Source of the DNA: Escherichia coli
GTDB taxonomy: Bacteria > Pseudomonadota > Gammaproteobacteria > Enterobacterales > Enterobacteriaceae
Length of the DNA stretch: 64,000 nt
Reading direction: 5' to 3' (one strand)
Assembly: GCF_003334305.1 (NCBI RefSeq)
Contig: NZ_QOWS01000006.1
Below the pieces are notes generated by a model. That model was given only the letters and a program-made list of their open reading frames with translations, had not been told where the DNA came from and searched no databases. A program made the translations under genes and the position numbers. Every line of letters begins with the position of its first letter. Within the stretch, counting starts at the first letter, position 1. Shown here piece after piece: positions 50,448 through 63,156 of this stretch.

Positions 50448-51236
50448 GTGATTGATAAATCCGCCTTTGTGCATCCAACCGCCATTGTGGAAGAGGGCGC
50501 GTCAATTGGCGCGAACGCACACATTGGTCCTTTTTGTATCGTTGGACCCCATGTCGAAATTGGTGAGGGTACCGTACTGAAATCTCACGTTGTCGTGAAT
50601 GGTCATACTAAAATTGGCCGCGATAATGAGATTTATCAGTTCGCCTCCATCGGCGAAGTTAACCAGGATCTGAAATATGCTGGCGAACCGACCCGTGTGG
50701 AAATCGGCGATCGTAACCGCATTCGCGAAAGCGTCACCATTCATCGTGGCACAGTCCAGGGCGGTGGATTGACGAAGGTGGGCAGCGACAACTTACTGAT
50801 GATCAACGCGCACATTGCGCACGATTGTACGGTAGGTAACCGCTGTATTCTCGCCAACAACGCAACGCTGGCGGGTCACGTATCGGTTGACGACTTCGCG
50901 ATCATCGGCGGCATGACCGCAGTCCATCAGTTCTGCATCATTGGTGCGCACGTGATGGTTGGCGGCTGCTCCGGTGTGGCGCAGGACGTCCCTCCTTATG
51001 TCATTGCGCAGGGTAACCACGCAACGCCGTTCGGTGTCAATATCGAAGGGCTGAAGCGCCGCGGATTCAGCCGTGAGGCGATTACCGCTATCCGCAATGC
51101 GTATAAGCTGATTTATCGTAGCGGTAAAACGCTCGATGAAGTGAAACCGGAAATTGCTGAACTGGCGGAAACATATCCGGAAGTGAAAGCCTTTACCGAT
51201 TTCTTTGCACGCTCAACGCGCGGTCTGATTCGTTAA
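50448..51236 (+). CDS. lpxA: UDP-N-acetylglucosamine O-acyltransferase
   Basis: 262-aa ORF, GTG start; hexapeptide-repeat protein. Confidence 0.9.
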
Positions 51237-52384
51237 TGACTGAACAGCGTCCATTAACGATTGCCCTGGTCGCCGGAGAAACCTCCGGCGATATCCTGGG
51301 GGCCGGTTTAATCCGCGCTCTGAAAGAACGTGTGCCCAACGCCCGCTTTGTTGGTGTTGCCGGGCCACGAATGCAGGCTGAAGGCTGCGAAGCCTGGTAC
51401 GAAATGGAAGAACTGGCGGTAATGGGCATTGTTGAAGTGCTCGGTCGTCTGCGTCGCTTACTGCATATTCGTGCCGATCTGACAAAGCGTTTTGGCGAAC
51501 TGAAGCCAGATGTTTTTGTTGGTATTGATGCGCCCGACTTCAATATTACTCTTGAAGGTAACCTCAAAAAGCAGGGTATCAAAACCATTCATTACGTCAG
51601 TCCATCCGTCTGGGCGTGGCGACAGAAACGCGTTTTCAAAATAGGCAGAGCCACCGATCTGGTGCTCGCATTTCTGCCTTTCGAAAAAGCGTTTTATGAC
51701 AAATACAATGTACCGTGCCGCTTTATCGGTCATACCATGGCTGATGCCATGCCGTTAGATCCAGATAAAAATGCCGCCCGTGATGTGCTGGGGATCCCTC
51801 ACGATGCCCACTGCCTGGCGTTGCTACCGGGGAGCCGTGGCGCAGAAGTTGAAATGCTTAGTGCCGATTTCCTGAAAACGGCCCAGCTTTTGCGCCAGAC
51901 ATATCCGGATCTCGAAATCGTGGTGCCACTGGTGAATGCCAAACGCCGCGAGCAGTTTGAACGCATCAAAGCTGAAGTCGCGCCAGACCTTTCAGTTCAT
52001 TTGCTGGATGGGATGGGCCGTGAGGCGATGGTCGCCAGCGATGCGGCGCTACTGGCGTCGGGTACGGCAGCCCTGGAGTGTATGCTGGCGAAATGCCCGA
52101 TGGTGGTGGGATATCGCATGAAGCCTTTTACCTTCTGGTTGGCGAAGCGGCTGGTGAAAACTGATTATGTCTCGCTGCCAAATCTGCTGGCGGGCAGAGA
52201 GTTAGTCAAAGAATTATTGCAGGAAGAGTGTGAGCCGCAAAAACTGGCTGCGGCGCTGTTACCGCTGTTGGCGAACGGGAAAACCAGCCACGCGATGCAC
52301 GATACCTTCCGTGAACTGCATCAGCAGATCCGCTGCAATGCCGATGAGCAGGCGGCACAAGCCGTTCTGGAGTTAGCACAATGA
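51236..52384 (+). CDS. lpxB: lipid-A-disaccharide synthase
   Basis: 382-aa ORF; start overlaps the lpxA stop (TAATG). Confidence 0.9.
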
Positions 52385-52977
52385 TCGAATTTGTTTATCC
52401 GCACACGCAGCTGGTTGCGGGTGTGGATGAAGTCGGACGCGGGCCGTTAGTTGGCGCGGTCGTCACCGCTGCGGTGATCCTTGACCCGGCGCGCCCGATT
52501 GCCGGGCTGAATGATTCCAAAAAGCTGAGCGAAAAACGCCGTCTGGCGCTCTATGAAGAGATCAAAGAGAAAGCGTTGAGCTGGAGTCTGGGCCGCGCGG
52601 AACCCCACGAAATCGACGAGCTGAACATTCTTCATGCGACCATGCTGGCGATGCAGCGTGCCGTCGCTGGGCTGCATATTGCGCCGGAATATGTGTTGAT
52701 TGATGGTAACCGCTGCCCGAAATTACCGATGCCTGCGATGGCTGTGGTGAAAGGCGATAGCCGCGTACCGGAAATCAGTGCCGCGTCTATCCTGGCGAAA
52801 GTGACGCGTGACGCCGAAATGGCGGCGCTGGATATTGTTTTCCCGCAATATGGTTTTGCCCAACACAAAGGGTACCCAACCGCTTTTCATCTGGAAAAAC
52901 TGGCTGAACACGGCGCGACCGAACACCATCGGCGCAGCTTTGGGCCTGTCAAACGCGCACTGGGACTTGCGTCCTGA
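52381..52977 (+). CDS. rnhB: ribonuclease HII
   Basis: 198-aa ORF overlapping the lpxB stop (ATGA); DEVGRGP motif. Confidence 0.9.
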
Positions 52978-53013
52978 TTCTTGTGTCGAGATTAAGTAAA
53001 CCGGAATCTGAAG

Positions 53014-56000
53014 ATGTCTGAACCACGTTTCGTACACCTGCGGGTGCACAGCGACTACTCGATGATCGATGGCCTGGCCAAAACCGCACCGCTGGTAAAA
53101 AAGGCGGCGGCGTTGGGTATGCCAGCACTGGCGATCACCGATTTCACCAACCTTTGCGGTCTGGTGAAGTTCTACGGAGCGGGACATGGCGCAGGGATTA
53201 AGCCTATCGTCGGGGCAGATTTTAACGTCCAGTGCGACCTGCTGGGTGATGAGTTAACCCACCTGACGGTACTGGCGGCGAACAATACCGGCTATCAGAA
53301 TCTGACGTTGCTGATCTCAAAAGCGTATCAGCGCGGGTACGGTGCCGCCGGGCCGATCATCGATCGCGACTGGCTTATCGAATTAAACGAAGGGTTGATC
53401 CTTCTTTCCGGCGGACGCATGGGCGACGTCGGACGCAGTCTTTTGCGTGGTAACAGCGCGCTGGTAGATGAGTGTGTCGCGTTTTATGAAGAACACTTCC
53501 CGGATCGCTATTTTCTCGAGCTGATCCGCACCGGCAGGCCGGACGAAGAAAGCTATCTGCACGCGGCGGTGGAACTGGCGGAAGCGCGCGGTTTGCCCGT
53601 CGTGGCGACCAACGACGTGCGCTTTATCGACAGCAGCGACTTTGACGCACACGAAATCCGCGTCGCGATCCACGACGGCTTTACCCTCGACGATCCTAAA
53701 CGCCCGCGTAACTATTCGCCGCAGCAATATATGCGTAGCGAAGAGGAGATGTGTGAGCTGTTTGCCGACATCCCCGAAGCCCTTGCCAACACCGTTGAGA
53801 TCGCCAAACGCTGTAACGTAACCGTGCGTCTTGGTGAATACTTCCTGCCGCAGTTCCCGACCGGGGACATGAGCACCGAAGATTATCTGGTCAAGCGTGC
53901 AAAAGAGGGCCTGGAAGAGCGTCTGGCCTTTTTATTCCCTGATGAGGAAGAACGTCTTAAGCGCCGCCCGGAATATGACGAACGTCTGGAGACTGAACTT
54001 CAGGTTATCAACCAGATGGGCTTCCCGGGCTACTTCCTCATCGTTATGGAATTTATCCAGTGGTCGAAAGATAACGGCGTACCGGTAGGGCCAGGCCGTG
54101 GCTCCGGTGCGGGTTCACTGGTGGCCTACGCGCTGAAAATCACCGACCTCGATCCGCTGGAATTTGACCTGCTGTTCGAACGTTTCCTTAACCCGGAACG
54201 TGTCTCCATGCCTGACTTCGACGTTGACTTCTGTATGGAGAAACGCGATCAGGTTATCGAACACGTGGCGGACATGTACGGTCGTGATGCGGTATCGCAG
54301 ATCATCACCTTCGGTACAATGGCGGCGAAAGCGGTGATCCGCGACGTAGGCCGCGTGCTGGGGCATCCGTACGGCTTTGTCGATCGTATCTCGAAACTGA
54401 TCCCGCCCGATCCGGGGATGACGCTGGCGAAAGCGTTTGAAGCCGAGCCGCAGCTGCCGGAAATCTACGAAGCGGATGAAGAAGTTAAGGCGCTGATCGA
54501 CATGGCGCGCAAACTGGAAGGGGTCACCCGTAACGCCGGTAAGCACGCCGGTGGGGTGGTTATCGCGCCGACCAAAATTACCGATTTTGCGCCGCTTTAC
54601 TGCGATGAAGAGGGCAAACATCCGGTCACCCAGTTTGATAAAAGCGACGTTGAATACGCCGGACTGGTGAAGTTCGACTTCCTTGGTTTGCGTACGCTCA
54701 CCATCATCAACTGGGCGCTGGAGATGATCAACAAGCGGCGGGCGAAGAATGGCGAGCCGCCGCTGGATATCGCCGCGATCCCGCTGGATGACAAGAAAAG
54801 CTTCGACATGCTGCAACGCTCGGAAACCACGGCGGTATTCCAGCTTGAATCGCGCGGCATGAAGGACCTGATCAAGCGTCTGCAACCTGACTGCTTCGAA
54901 GATATGATCGCACTGGTGGCGCTGTTCCGCCCAGGTCCGTTGCAATCAGGGATGGTGGATAACTTTATCGACCGTAAACATGGTCGCGAAGAAATCTCCT
55001 ATCCGGACGTACAGTGGCAGCATGAAAGCCTGAAACCGGTACTGGAGCCAACCTACGGCATCATCCTGTATCAGGAACAGGTCATGCAGATTGCGCAGGT
55101 GCTTTCTGGTTATACCCTCGGTGGCGCGGATATGCTGCGTCGTGCGATGGGTAAGAAAAAGCCGGAAGAGATGGCTAAGCAGCGTTCTGTATTTGCTGAA
55201 GGTGCAGAAAAGAACGGAATCAACGCCGAACTGGCGATGAAAATCTTCGACCTGGTGGAGAAATTCGCGGGTTACGGATTTAACAAATCGCACTCTGCGG
55301 CCTATGCTTTGGTGTCATATCAAACGTTATGGCTGAAAGCGCACTATCCGGCGGAGTTTATGGCGGCGGTAATGACCGCCGATATGGACAACACCGAGAA
55401 GGTGGTGGGCCTGGTGGATGAGTGCTGGCGGATGGGGCTGAAAATCCTGCCACCAGATATAAACTCCGGTCTTTACCATTTCCACGTCAACGACGACGGC
55501 GAAATCGTGTATGGTATTGGCGCCATCAAAGGGGTAGGTGAAGGTCCGATTGAGGCCATCATCGAAGCCCGTAATAAAGGCGGCTACTTCCGCGAACTGT
55601 TTGATCTCTGCGCCCGTACCGACACCAAAAAGTTAAACCGGCGGGTGCTGGAAAAACTGATCATGTCCGGGGCGTTTGACCGTCTTGGGCCACACCGCGC
55701 GGCGCTGATGAACTCGCTGGGTGATGCGTTAAAAGCGGCAGATCAACACGCGAAAGCGGAAGCTATCGGTCAGGCCGATATGTTCGGCGTGCTGGCCGAA
55801 GAGCCGGAACAAATTGAACAATCCTACGCCAGCTGCCAACCGTGGCCGGAGCAGGTGGTATTAGATGGGGAACGTGAAACGTTAGGCCTGTACCTGACCG
55901 GACACCCTATCAACCAGTATTTAAAAGAGATTGAGCGTTATGTCGGAGGCGTAAGGCTGAAAGACATGCACCCGACAGAACGTGGTAAAGTCATCACGGC

Positions 56001-56496
56001 TGCGGGGCTCGTTGTTGCCGCGCGGGTTATGGTCACCAAGCGCGGCAATCGTATCGGTATCTGCACGCTGGATGACCGTTCCGGGCGGCTGGAAGTGATG
56101 TTGTTTACTGACGCCCTGGATAAATACCAGCAATTGCTGGAAAAAGACCGCATACTTATCGTCAGCGGACAGGTCAGCTTTGATGACTTCAGCGGTGGGC
56201 TTAAAATGACCGCTCGCGAAGTGATGGATATTGACGAAGCCCGGGAAAAATATGCTCGCGGGCTTGCTATCTCGCTGACGGACAGGCAAATTGATGACCA
56301 GCTTTTAAACCGACTCCGTCAGTCTCTGGAACCCCACCGCTCTGGGACAATTCCAGTACATCTCTACTATCAGAGGGCGGATGCACGCGCGCGGTTGCGT
56401 TTTGGCGCGACGTGGCGTGTCTCTCCGAGCGATCGTTTATTAAACGATCTCCGTGGCCTCATTGGTTCGGAGCAGGTGGAACTGGAGTTTGACTAA
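53014..56496 (+). CDS. dnaE: DNA polymerase III alpha subunit
   Basis: 1160-aa ORF starting [20 protein letters not shown] (PHP domain). Confidence 0.95.
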   Translation: MSEPRFVHLRVHSDYSMIDGLAKTAPLVKKAAALGMPALAITDFTNLCGLVKFYGAGHGAGIKPIVGADFNVQCDLLGDELTHLTVLAANNTGYQNLTLLISKAYQRGYGAAGPIIDRDWLIELNEGLILLSGGRMGDVGRSLLRGNSALVDECVAFYEEHFPDRYFLELIRTGRPDEESYLHAAVELAEARGLPVVATNDVRFIDSSDFDAHEIRVAIHDGFTLDDPKRPRNYSPQQYMRSEEEMCELFADIPEALANTVEIAKRCNVTVRLGEYFLPQFPTGDMSTEDYLVKRAKEGLEERLAFLFPDEEERLKRRPEYDERLETELQVINQMGFPGYFLIVMEFIQWSKDNGVPVGPGRGSGAGSLVAYALKITDLDPLEFDLLFERFLNPERVSMPDFDVDFCMEKRDQVIEHVADMYGRDAVSQIITFGTMAAKAVIRDVGRVLGHPYGFVDRISKLIPPDPGMTLAKAFEAEPQLPEIYEADEEVKALIDMARKLEGVTRNAGKHAGGVVIAPTKITDFAPLYCDEEGKHPVTQFDKSDVEYAGLVKFDFLGLRTLTIINWALEMINKRRAKNGEPPLDIAAIPLDDKKSFDMLQRSETTAVFQLESRGMKDLIKRLQPDCFEDMIALVALFRPGPLQSGMVDNFIDRKHGREEISYPDVQWQHESLKPVLEPTYGIILYQEQVMQIAQVLSGYTLGGADMLRRAMGKKKPEEMAKQRSVFAEGAEKNGINAELAMKIFDLVEKFAGYGFNKSHSAAYALVSYQTLWLKAHYPAEFMAAVMTADMDNTEKVVGLVDECWRMGLKILPPDINSGLYHFHVNDDGEIVYGIGAIKGVGEGPIEAIIEARNKGGYFRELFDLCARTDTKKLNRRVLEKLIMSGAFDRLGPHRAALMNSLGDALKAADQHAKAEAIGQADMFGVLAEEPEQIEQSYASCQPWPEQVVLDGERETLGLYLTGHPINQYLKEIERYVGGVRLKDMHPTERGKVITAAGLVVAARVMVTKRGNRIGICTLDDRSGRLEVMLFTDALDKYQQLLEKDRILIVSGQVSFDDFSGGLKMTAREVMDIDEAREKYARGLAISLTDRQIDDQLLNRLRQSLEPHRSGTIPVHLYYQRADARARLRFGATWRVSPSDRLLNDLRGLIGSEQVELEFD

Positions 56497-56508
56497 TACA
56501 GGAATACT

Positions 56509-57468
56509 ATGAGTCTGAATTTCCTTGATTTTGAACAGCCGATTGCAGAGCTGGAAGCGAAAATCGATTCTCTGACTGCGGTTAGCCGTCAGGATGAGAA
56601 ACTGGATATTAACATCGATGAAGAAGTGCATCGTCTGCGTGAAAAAAGCGTAGAACTGACGCGTAAAATCTTCGCCGATCTTGGTGCATGGCAGATTGCG
56701 CAACTGGCACGCCATCCACAGCGTCCTTATACCCTGGATTACGTTCGCCTGGCATTTGATGAATTTGACGAACTGGCTGGCGACCGCGCGTATGCAGACG
56801 ATAAAGCTATCGTCGGTGGTATCGCCCGTCTCGATGGTCGTCCGGTGATGATCATTGGTCATCAAAAAGGTCGTGAAACCAAAGAAAAAATTCGCCGTAA
56901 CTTTGGTATGCCAGCGCCAGAAGGTTACCGCAAAGCACTGCGTCTGATGCAAATGGCTGAACGCTTTAAGATGCCAATCATCACCTTTATCGACACCCCG
57001 GGGGCTTATCCGGGCGTGGGCGCAGAAGAACGTGGTCAGTCTGAAGCCATTGCACGCAACCTGCGTGAAATGTCTCGCCTCGGCGTACCGGTAGTTTGTA
57101 CGGTTATCGGTGAAGGTGGTTCTGGCGGTGCGCTGGCGATTGGCGTGGGCGATAAAGTGAATATGCTGCAATACAGCACCTATTCCGTTATCTCGCCGGA
57201 AGGTTGTGCGTCCATTCTGTGGAAGAGCGCCGACAAAGCGCCGCTGGCGGCTGAAGCGATGGGTATCATCGCTCCGCGTCTGAAAGAGCTGAAACTGATC
57301 GACTCCATCATCCCGGAACCGCTGGGTGGCGCTCACCGTAACCCGGAAGCGATGGCGGCATCGTTGAAAGCGCAACTGCTGGCGGATCTGGCCGATCTCG
57401 ATGTGTTAAGCACTGAAGATTTAAAAAATCGTCGTTATCAGCGCCTGATGAGCTACGGTTACGCGTAA
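56509..57468 (+). CDS. accA: acetyl-CoA carboxylase carboxyltransferase alpha subunit
   Basis: 319-aa [25 protein letters not shown]... recognised as AccA. Confidence 0.95.
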   Translation: MSLNFLDFEQPIAELEAKIDSLTAVSRQDEKLDINIDEEVHRLREKSVELTRKIFADLGAWQIAQLARHPQRPYTLDYVRLAFDEFDELAGDRAYADDKAIVGGIARLDGRPVMIIGHQKGRETKEKIRRNFGMPAPEGYRKALRLMQMAERFKMPIITFIDTPGAYPGVGAEERGQSEAIARNLREMSRLGVPVVCTVIGEGGSGGALAIGVGDKVNMLQYSTYSVISPEGCASILWKSADKAPLAAEAMGIIAPRLKELKLIDSIIPEPLGGAHRNPEAMAASLKAQLLADLADLDVLSTEDLKNRRYQRLMSYGYA

Positions 57469-57488
57469 TTCGCAAAAGTTCTGAAAAA

Positions 57489-57512
57489 GGGTCACTTCGG
57501 TGGCCCTTTTTT
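57489..57512 (+). terminator. rho-independent terminator after accA (GGGTCAC-TTCG-GTGGCCC + T6)
   Basis: Stem-loop plus U-tract read in sequence. Confidence 0.65.
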
Positions 57513-57566
57513 ATCGCCACGGTTTGAGCAGGCTATGATTAAGGAAGGATTTTCCAGGAGGAACAC

Positions 57567-59708
57567 ATGAACATCATTGCCATTATGGGACCGCATGGCG
57601 TCTTTTATAAAGATGAGCCCATCAAAGAACTGGAGTCGGCGCTGGTGGCGCAAGGCTTTCAGATTATCTGGCCACAAAACAGCGTTGATTTGCTGAAATT
57701 TATCGAACATAACCCTCGAATTTGCGGCGTGATTTTTGACTGGGATGAGTACAGTCTCGATTTATGCAGCGATATCAATCAACTTAATGAATATCTCCCG
57801 CTTTATGCCTTCATCAACACCCACTCGACGATGGATGTCAGCGTGCAGGATATGCGGATGGCGCTCTGGTTTTTTGAATATGCGCTGGGGCAGGCGGAAG
57901 ATATCGCCATTCGTATGCGTCAGTACACCGACGAATATCTTGATAACATTACACCGCCGTTCACGAAAGCCTTGTTTACCTACGTTAAAGAGCGGAAGTA
58001 CACCTTTTGTACGCCGGGGCATATGGGCGGCACCGCATATCAAAAAAGCCCGGTTGGCTGCCTGTTTTATGATTTTTTCGGCGGGAATACCCTCAAGGCT
58101 GATGTCTCTATTTCGGTCACCGAGCTTGGTTCGTTGCTCGACCACACCGGGCCACACCTGGAAGCGGAAGAGTACATCGCGCGGACTTTTGGCGCGGAAC
58201 AGAGTTATATCGTTACCAACGGAACATCGACGTCGAACAAAATTGTGGGTATGTACGCCGCGCCATCCGGCAGTACGCTGTTGATCGACCGCAATTGTCA
58301 TAAATCGCTGGCGCATCTGTTGATGATGAACGATGTAGTGCCAGTCTGGCTGAAACCGACGCGTAATGCGTTGGGGATTCTTGGTGGGATCCCGCGCCGT
58401 GAATTTACTCGCGACAGCATCGAAGAGAAAGTCGCTGCCACCACGCAGGCACAATGGCCGGTTCATGCGGTGATTACCAACTCCACCTATGATGGCTTGC
58501 TCTACAACACCGACTGGATCAAACAGACGCTGGATGTCCCGTCGATCCACTTCGATTCCGCCTGGGTGCCGTACACCCATTTTCATCCGATCTACCAGGG
58601 GAAAAGTGGTATGAGCGGCGAGCGTGTTGCGGGAAAAGTGATCTTCGAAACGCAATCGACCCACAAAATGCTGGCGGCGTTATCGCAGGCTTCGCTGATC
58701 CACATTAAAGGCGAGTATGACGAAGAGGCGTTTAACGAAGCCTTTATGATGCATACCACCACCTCGCCCAGTTATCCCATTGTTGCTTCGGTTGAGACGG
58801 CGGCGGCGATGCTGCGTGGTAATCCGGGCAAACGGCTGATTAACCGTTCGGTGGAGCGGGCGCTGCATTTTCGCAAAGAGGTCCAGCGGTTGCGGGAAGA
58901 GTCTGACGGTTGGTTTTTCGATATCTGGCAACCGCCGCAGGTGGATGAAGCCGAATGCTGGCCCGTTGCGCCAGGCGAACAGTGGCACGGCTTTAACGAT
59001 GCGGATGCCGATCATATGTTTCTCGATCCGGTTAAAGTCACTATTTTGACACCGGGGATGGACGAACAGGGCAATATGAGTGAGGAGGGGATCCCGGCGG
59101 CGCTGGTGGCAAAATTCCTCGACGAACGTGGGATCGTAGTAGAGAAAACCGGCCCTTATAACCTGCTGTTTCTCTTTAGTATTGGTATCGATAAAACCAA
59201 AGCAATGGGATTATTGCGTGGGTTGACGGAATTTAAACGCTCTTACGATCTCAACCTGCGGATCAAAAATATGCTACCCGATCTCTATGCTGAAGATCCC
59301 GATTTCTACCGCAATATGCGTATTCAGGATCTGGCGCAAGGGATCCATAAGCTGATTCGTAAACACGATCTTCCCGGTTTGATGTTGCGGGCATTCGATA
59401 CTTTGCCGGAAATGATCATGACGCCACATCAGGCATGGCAGAGACAGATTAAAGGTGAAGTAGAAACCATTGCGCTGGAACAACTGGTCGGTAGAGTATC
59501 GGCAAATATGATCCTGCCTTATCCACCGGGCGTACCGCTGTTGATGCCAGGAGAAATGCTGACCAAAGAGAGCCGCACGGTACTCGATTTTCTACTGATG
59601 CTTTGTTCCGTAGGGCAACATTACCCCGGTTTTGAAACGGATATTCACGGCGCGAAACAGGACGAAGACGGCGTTTACCGCGTACGAGTCCTAAAAATGG
59701 CGGGATAA
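57567..59708 (+). CDS. ldcC: constitutive lysine decarboxylase
   Basis: 713-aa ORF MNIIAIMGPHGVFYKDEPIKELE...; PLP-fold decarboxylase. Confidence 0.9.
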   Translation: MNIIAIMGPHGVFYKDEPIKELESALVAQGFQIIWPQNSVDLLKFIEHNPRICGVIFDWDEYSLDLCSDINQLNEYLPLYAFINTHSTMDVSVQDMRMALWFFEYALGQAEDIAIRMRQYTDEYLDNITPPFTKALFTYVKERKYTFCTPGHMGGTAYQKSPVGCLFYDFFGGNTLKADVSISVTELGSLLDHTGPHLEAEEYIARTFGAEQSYIVTNGTSTSNKIVGMYAAPSGSTLLIDRNCHKSLAHLLMMNDVVPVWLKPTRNALGILGGIPRREFTRDSIEEKVAATTQAQWPVHAVITNSTYDGLLYNTDWIKQTLDVPSIHFDSAWVPYTHFHPIYQGKSGMSGERVAGKVIFETQSTHKMLAALSQASLIHIKGEYDEEAFNEAFMMHTTTSPSYPIVASVETAAAMLRGNPGKRLINRSVERALHFRKEVQRLREESDGWFFDIWQPPQVDEAECWPVAPGEQWHGFNDADADHMFLDPVKVTILTPGMDEQGNMSEEGIPAALVAKFLDERGIVVEKTGPYNLLFLFSIGIDKTKAMGLLRGLTEFKRSYDLNLRIKNMLPDLYAEDPDFYRNMRIQDLAQGIHKLIRKHDLPGLMLRAFDTLPEMIMTPHQAWQRQIKGEVETIALEQLVGRVSANMILPYPPGVPLLMPGEMLTKESRTVLDFLLMLCSVGQHYPGFETDIHGAKQDEDGVYRVRVLKMAG

Positions 59709-59764
59709 CTTGCCAGAGCGGCTTCCGGGCGAGTAACGTGCTGTTAACAAATAAAGGAGACGTT

Positions 59765-60154
59765 ATGCTGGGTTTAAAACAGGTTCACCATATTGCGATT
59801 ATTGCGACGGATTATGCGGTGAGCAAAGCTTTCTACTGCGATATTCTTGGTTTCACGCTGCAAAGCGAAGTCTATCGCGAAGCGCGCGACTCGTGGAAAG
59901 GGGATTTGGCGCTTAATGGGCAATATGTGATTGAGCTTTTCTCTTTTCCGTTCCCGCCGGAGCGCCCCAGCCGACCGGAAGCTTGCGGCCTGCGTCATCT
60001 GGCTTTTAGCGTTGATGACATCGATGCGGCAGTGGCGCACCTTGAAAGCCATAACGTGAAGTGTGAAGCCATCCGTGTCGATCCATACACGCAAAAACGC
60101 TTCACCTTCTTTAACGATCCGGACGGGCTGCCGTTGGAACTGTATGAGCAGTAA
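59765..60154 (+). CDS. yaeR: glyoxalase/VOC-family protein
   Basis: Start MLGLKQVHHIAIIATDY at 59765; 129 aa. Confidence 0.8.
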   Translation: MLGLKQVHHIAIIATDYAVSKAFYCDILGFTLQSEVYREARDSWKGDLALNGQYVIELFSFPFPPERPSRPEACGLRHLAFSVDDIDAAVAHLESHNVKCEAIRVDPYTQKRFTFFNDPDGLPLELYEQ

Positions 60155-60218
60155 GGCTTGTCATCGCCGCATTTGCCCGGTAACGTGCCGGGCATTGCTA
60201 CTGTAAAATCGCACCATC

Positions 60219-61517
60219 ATGACACTCACGCTCAATAGACAACTTCTCACCTCACGCCAGATTCTGGTGGCCTTTAGCGGCGGGCTTGACTCCACCGTTC
60301 TGCTGCATCAGTTGGTGCAGTGGCGGACGGAAAATCCGGGCGTCACTCTGCGCGCTATTCATGTGCATCACGGTTTAAGTGCCAATGCCGATGCCTGGGT
60401 TACGCATTGCGAAAACGTCTGCCAACAGTGGCAGGTGCCGCTGGTGGTCGAACGCGTACAACTTGCGCAAGAGGGGCTGGGGATTGAGGCCCAAGCGCGG
60501 CAGGCGCGTTATCAGGCATTTGCCCGTACCCTATTGCCCGGCGAAGTGCTGGTCACCGCGCAACATCTCGACGATCAATGTGAAACCTTTCTGCTGGCGC
60601 TAAAACGCGGTAGCGGCCCTGCCGGGCTTTCGGCTATGGGGGAAGTCTCGGAGTTTGCCGGAACACGGCTTATCCGCCCGTTGCTTGCCCGCACGCGGGG
60701 GGAACTGGCGCAGTGGGCATTGGCGCATGGTTTACGCTGGATTGAAGACGAAAGTAATCAGGACGACTCATACGATCGTAACTTTCTGCGCCTGCGTGTA
60801 GTGCCGTTATTGCAGCAGCGTTGGCCGCATTTTGCCGAAGCAACGGCCCGCAGCGCCGCACTTTGTGCTGAACAAGAGAGTCTGTTGGATGAACTGCTGG
60901 CGGATGATTTAGCACACTGCCAAACGTCGCAGGGGACGCTGCAGATTGCGCCAATGCTAGCGATGAGTGATGCCCGTCGCGCGGCGATTATCCGCCGCTG
61001 GCTGGCAGGGCAGAATGCACCGATGCCTTCCCGCGACGCGCTGGTGCGGATCTGGCAGGAAGTGGCGCTGGCGCGGGAAGATGCCTCCCCCTGTTTACGC
61101 TTGGGCGCGTTTGAAATCCGCCGATATCAGTCGCAACTGTGGTGGATTAAATCCGTCACCGGGCAAAGTGAAACCATTGTGCCGTGGCAGACGTGGCTAC
61201 AACCGCTGGAATTACCGGCGGGGCTGGGAAGCGTACAGCTTACTGCGGGAGGCGATATTCGCCCTCCGCGTGCAGACGAAGCGGTCAGCGTGCGTTTCAA
61301 AGCGGCAGGATTGCTGCATATTGTCGGGCGCAACGGCGGACGTAAGCTGAAGAAAATCTGGCAAGAGTTAGGCGTGCCGCCGTGGCTACGTGACACCACG
61401 CCACTGCTGTTTTATGGCGAAACGCTGATTGCGGCGGCAGGGGTATTTGTGACGCAAGAAGGTGTGGCTGAAGGTGAGAATGGCGTAAGTTTTGTCTGGC
61501 AGAAAACGCTTAGTTAA
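60219..61517 (+). CDS. tilS: tRNA(Ile)-lysidine synthetase
   Basis: 432-aa ORF with PP-loop SGGLDS. Confidence 0.9.
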   Translation: MTLTLNRQLLTSRQILVAFSGGLDSTVLLHQLVQWRTENPGVTLRAIHVHHGLSANADAWVTHCENVCQQWQVPLVVERVQLAQEGLGIEAQARQARYQAFARTLLPGEVLVTAQHLDDQCETFLLALKRGSGPAGLSAMGEVSEFAGTRLIRPLLARTRGELAQWALAHGLRWIEDESNQDDSYDRNFLRLRVVPLLQQRWPHFAEATARSAALCAEQESLLDELLADDLAHCQTSQGTLQIAPMLAMSDARRAAIIRRWLAGQNAPMPSRDALVRIWQEVALAREDASPCLRLGAFEIRRYQSQLWWIKSVTGQSETIVPWQTWLQPLELPAGLGSVQLTAGGDIRPPRADEAVSVRFKAAGLLHIVGRNGGRKLKKIWQELGVPPWLRDTTPLLFYGETLIAAAGVFVTQEGVAEGENGVSFVWQKTLS

Positions 61518-61523
61518 GTGAAA

Positions 61524-61556
61524 GCCGGATAAGACGCATCAAACGTCGCATCCGGC
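61524..61556. repeat. REP (repetitive extragenic palindrome) unit
   Basis: GCCGGATAAGACG...CGTCGCATCCGGC palindrome between the convergent tilS and rof. Confidence 0.65.
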
Positions 61557-61565
61557 GAAAGTCAA

Positions 61566-61820
61566 TCAGGACTCGCTCACCACCACCGTACCGATTTCCG
61601 GGTGGCTAAAGCTGGTAATTTTATCCAGACGTAGCTCACGGGTTTCGCCAGCGGCCTCGACGACCAGATACTCCACATTTTTGCGGGAGACTAAATCGCT
61701 GGCTTTTGCCTGCAATTTTTCGCCATCTTTCAGCTCAAGTGTCAGCATTAAATGATGCTGGCAGGCGAGCTCAAGATTATCGTAATCATCACAATTGATT
61801 GGTTGATACGTATCATTCAT
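61566..61820 (-). CDS. rof: Rho-binding anti-terminator Rof
   Basis: 84-aa protein [23 protein letters not shown]...; alternative start at 61826. Confidence 0.8.
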
Positions 61821-62013
61821 TGACATAATCGCTCACCAGTAAGTTTGCCGCAGCGTATGCTGCTTTTTCCCTGACAGCCTCAGAAAGGGCGTCGTCGGCA
61901 GCCATTTCATTCAGCACTTTCAAAACGCAGCCCAGCGCGTCCGGAACGTATCCTAAGTCTCCGCTGGCGATTTCCGCGTACCGCTTGCGTATTAACTCAC
62001 AATATTTTTCCAC
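61813..62013 (-). CDS. yaeP: UPF0253 small protein
   Basis: 66-aa protein (M)[21 protein letters not shown]...; probable GTG start; overlaps the rof start by 8 nt. Confidence 0.7.
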
Positions 62014-62178
62014 ATGCCCTCCTGTCAGCACTCTGACTTAACCGTGGATGCAAGTCTAAGCCTACGAAGATAAACTCTGTTTCGCAAGGTGACTATACCA
62101 CACTCATTTCTGCAATATCAGCGCCGCAACTGCACGTATTCCGTTACAATGGCCTCCTGATTCGAAAGGAGTTTTCTT

Positions 62179-62724
62179 ATGGCGCTTAAAGCGACAATTT
62201 ATAAAGCGACGGTTAATGTGGCCGATCTCGACCGCAACCAGTTTCTCGATGCCTCTCTGACGCTGGCGCGCCACCCTTCAGAAACCCAGGAGCGTATGAT
62301 GCTGCGCTTGCTGGCGTGGCTGAAATATGCTGATGAACGTCTGCAATTTACCCGTGGTTTGTGTGCCGATGATGAGCCGGAAGCGTGGCTGCGTAACGAT
62401 CACCTGGGCATTGATTTGTGGATTGAGCTGGGGCTGCCGGATGAGCGGCGGATTAAGAAAGCCTGCACCCAGGCCGCAGAAGTGGCGCTGTTTACCTATA
62501 ATAGTCGGGCGGCGCAAATCTGGTGGCAGCAAAATCAGAGCAAATGTGTGCAGTTTGCCAATCTTTCCGTCTGGTATCTGGACGATGAACAACTGGCGAA
62601 AGTAAGCGCCTTTGCCGATCGTACCATGACGCTGCAGGCAACGATTCAGGATGGCGTGATCTGGTTATCGGACGATAAGAATAATCTGGAAGTTAACTTA
62701 ACCGCCTGGCAACAACCTTCATGA
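62179..62724 (+). CDS. yaeQ: YaeQ family protein
   Basis: 181-aa [25 protein letters not shown]... recognised as YaeQ. Confidence 0.8.
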   Translation: MALKATIYKATVNVADLDRNQFLDASLTLARHPSETQERMMLRLLAWLKYADERLQFTRGLCADDEPEAWLRNDHLGIDLWIELGLPDERRIKKACTQAAEVALFTYNSRAAQIWWQQNQSKCVQFANLSVWYLDDEQLAKVSAFADRTMTLQATIQDGVIWLSDDKNNLEVNLTAWQQPS

Positions 62725-63143
62725 TTGTGATTTCCCGACATGTTGCTATTCCCGATGGTGAGCTTGAGATCACCGCCATTCGTGCGCAGGGCGCGGGCGG
62801 GCAGCATGTTAATAAGACCTCAACGGCCATTCATCTGCGTTTTGACATTCGGGCGTCCAGCCTGCCAGAGTATTACAAAGAGCGTCTACTCGCCGCCAGC
62901 CATCATTTGATCAGCAGTGATGGCGTGATTGTCATTAAGGCACAGGAATACCGCAGTCAGGAACTGAACCGCGAAGCCGCGCTAGCCCGGCTGGTGGCAG
63001 TGATTAAAGATTTAACAACAGAACAAAAAGCCCGACGACCCACGCGGCCCACCCGTGCATCGAAAGAGCGCAGGCTGGCATCGAAAGCACAAAAATCAAG
63101 CGTGAAGGCGATGCGCGGCAAAGTACGCAGCGGTCGGGAATAA
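62721..63143 (+). CDS. arfB: alternative ribosome-rescue factor / peptidyl-tRNA hydrolase ArfB
   Basis: 140-aa ORF with GGQ motif ([10 protein letters not shown]) and basic C-terminal tail; overlaps the yaeQ stop. Confidence 0.85.
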   Translation: MIVISRHVAIPDGELEITAIRAQGAGGQHVNKTSTAIHLRFDIRASSLPEYYKERLLAASHHLISSDGVIVIKAQEYRSQELNREAALARLVAVIKDLTTEQKARRPTRPTRASKERRLASKAQKSSVKAMRGKVRSGRE

Positions 63144-63156
63144 AAAGAAGGAATAG

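Noticed and set aside
54115-54945. 276-aa ORF antisense within dnaE (similar antisense ORFs at 17300-18142 in fhuA, 33167-33826 in dapD, 36687-37385 in map, 57762-58664 in ldcC)
   Set aside because: All lie wholly inside well-supported genes on the opposite strand and have no recognisable protein features.
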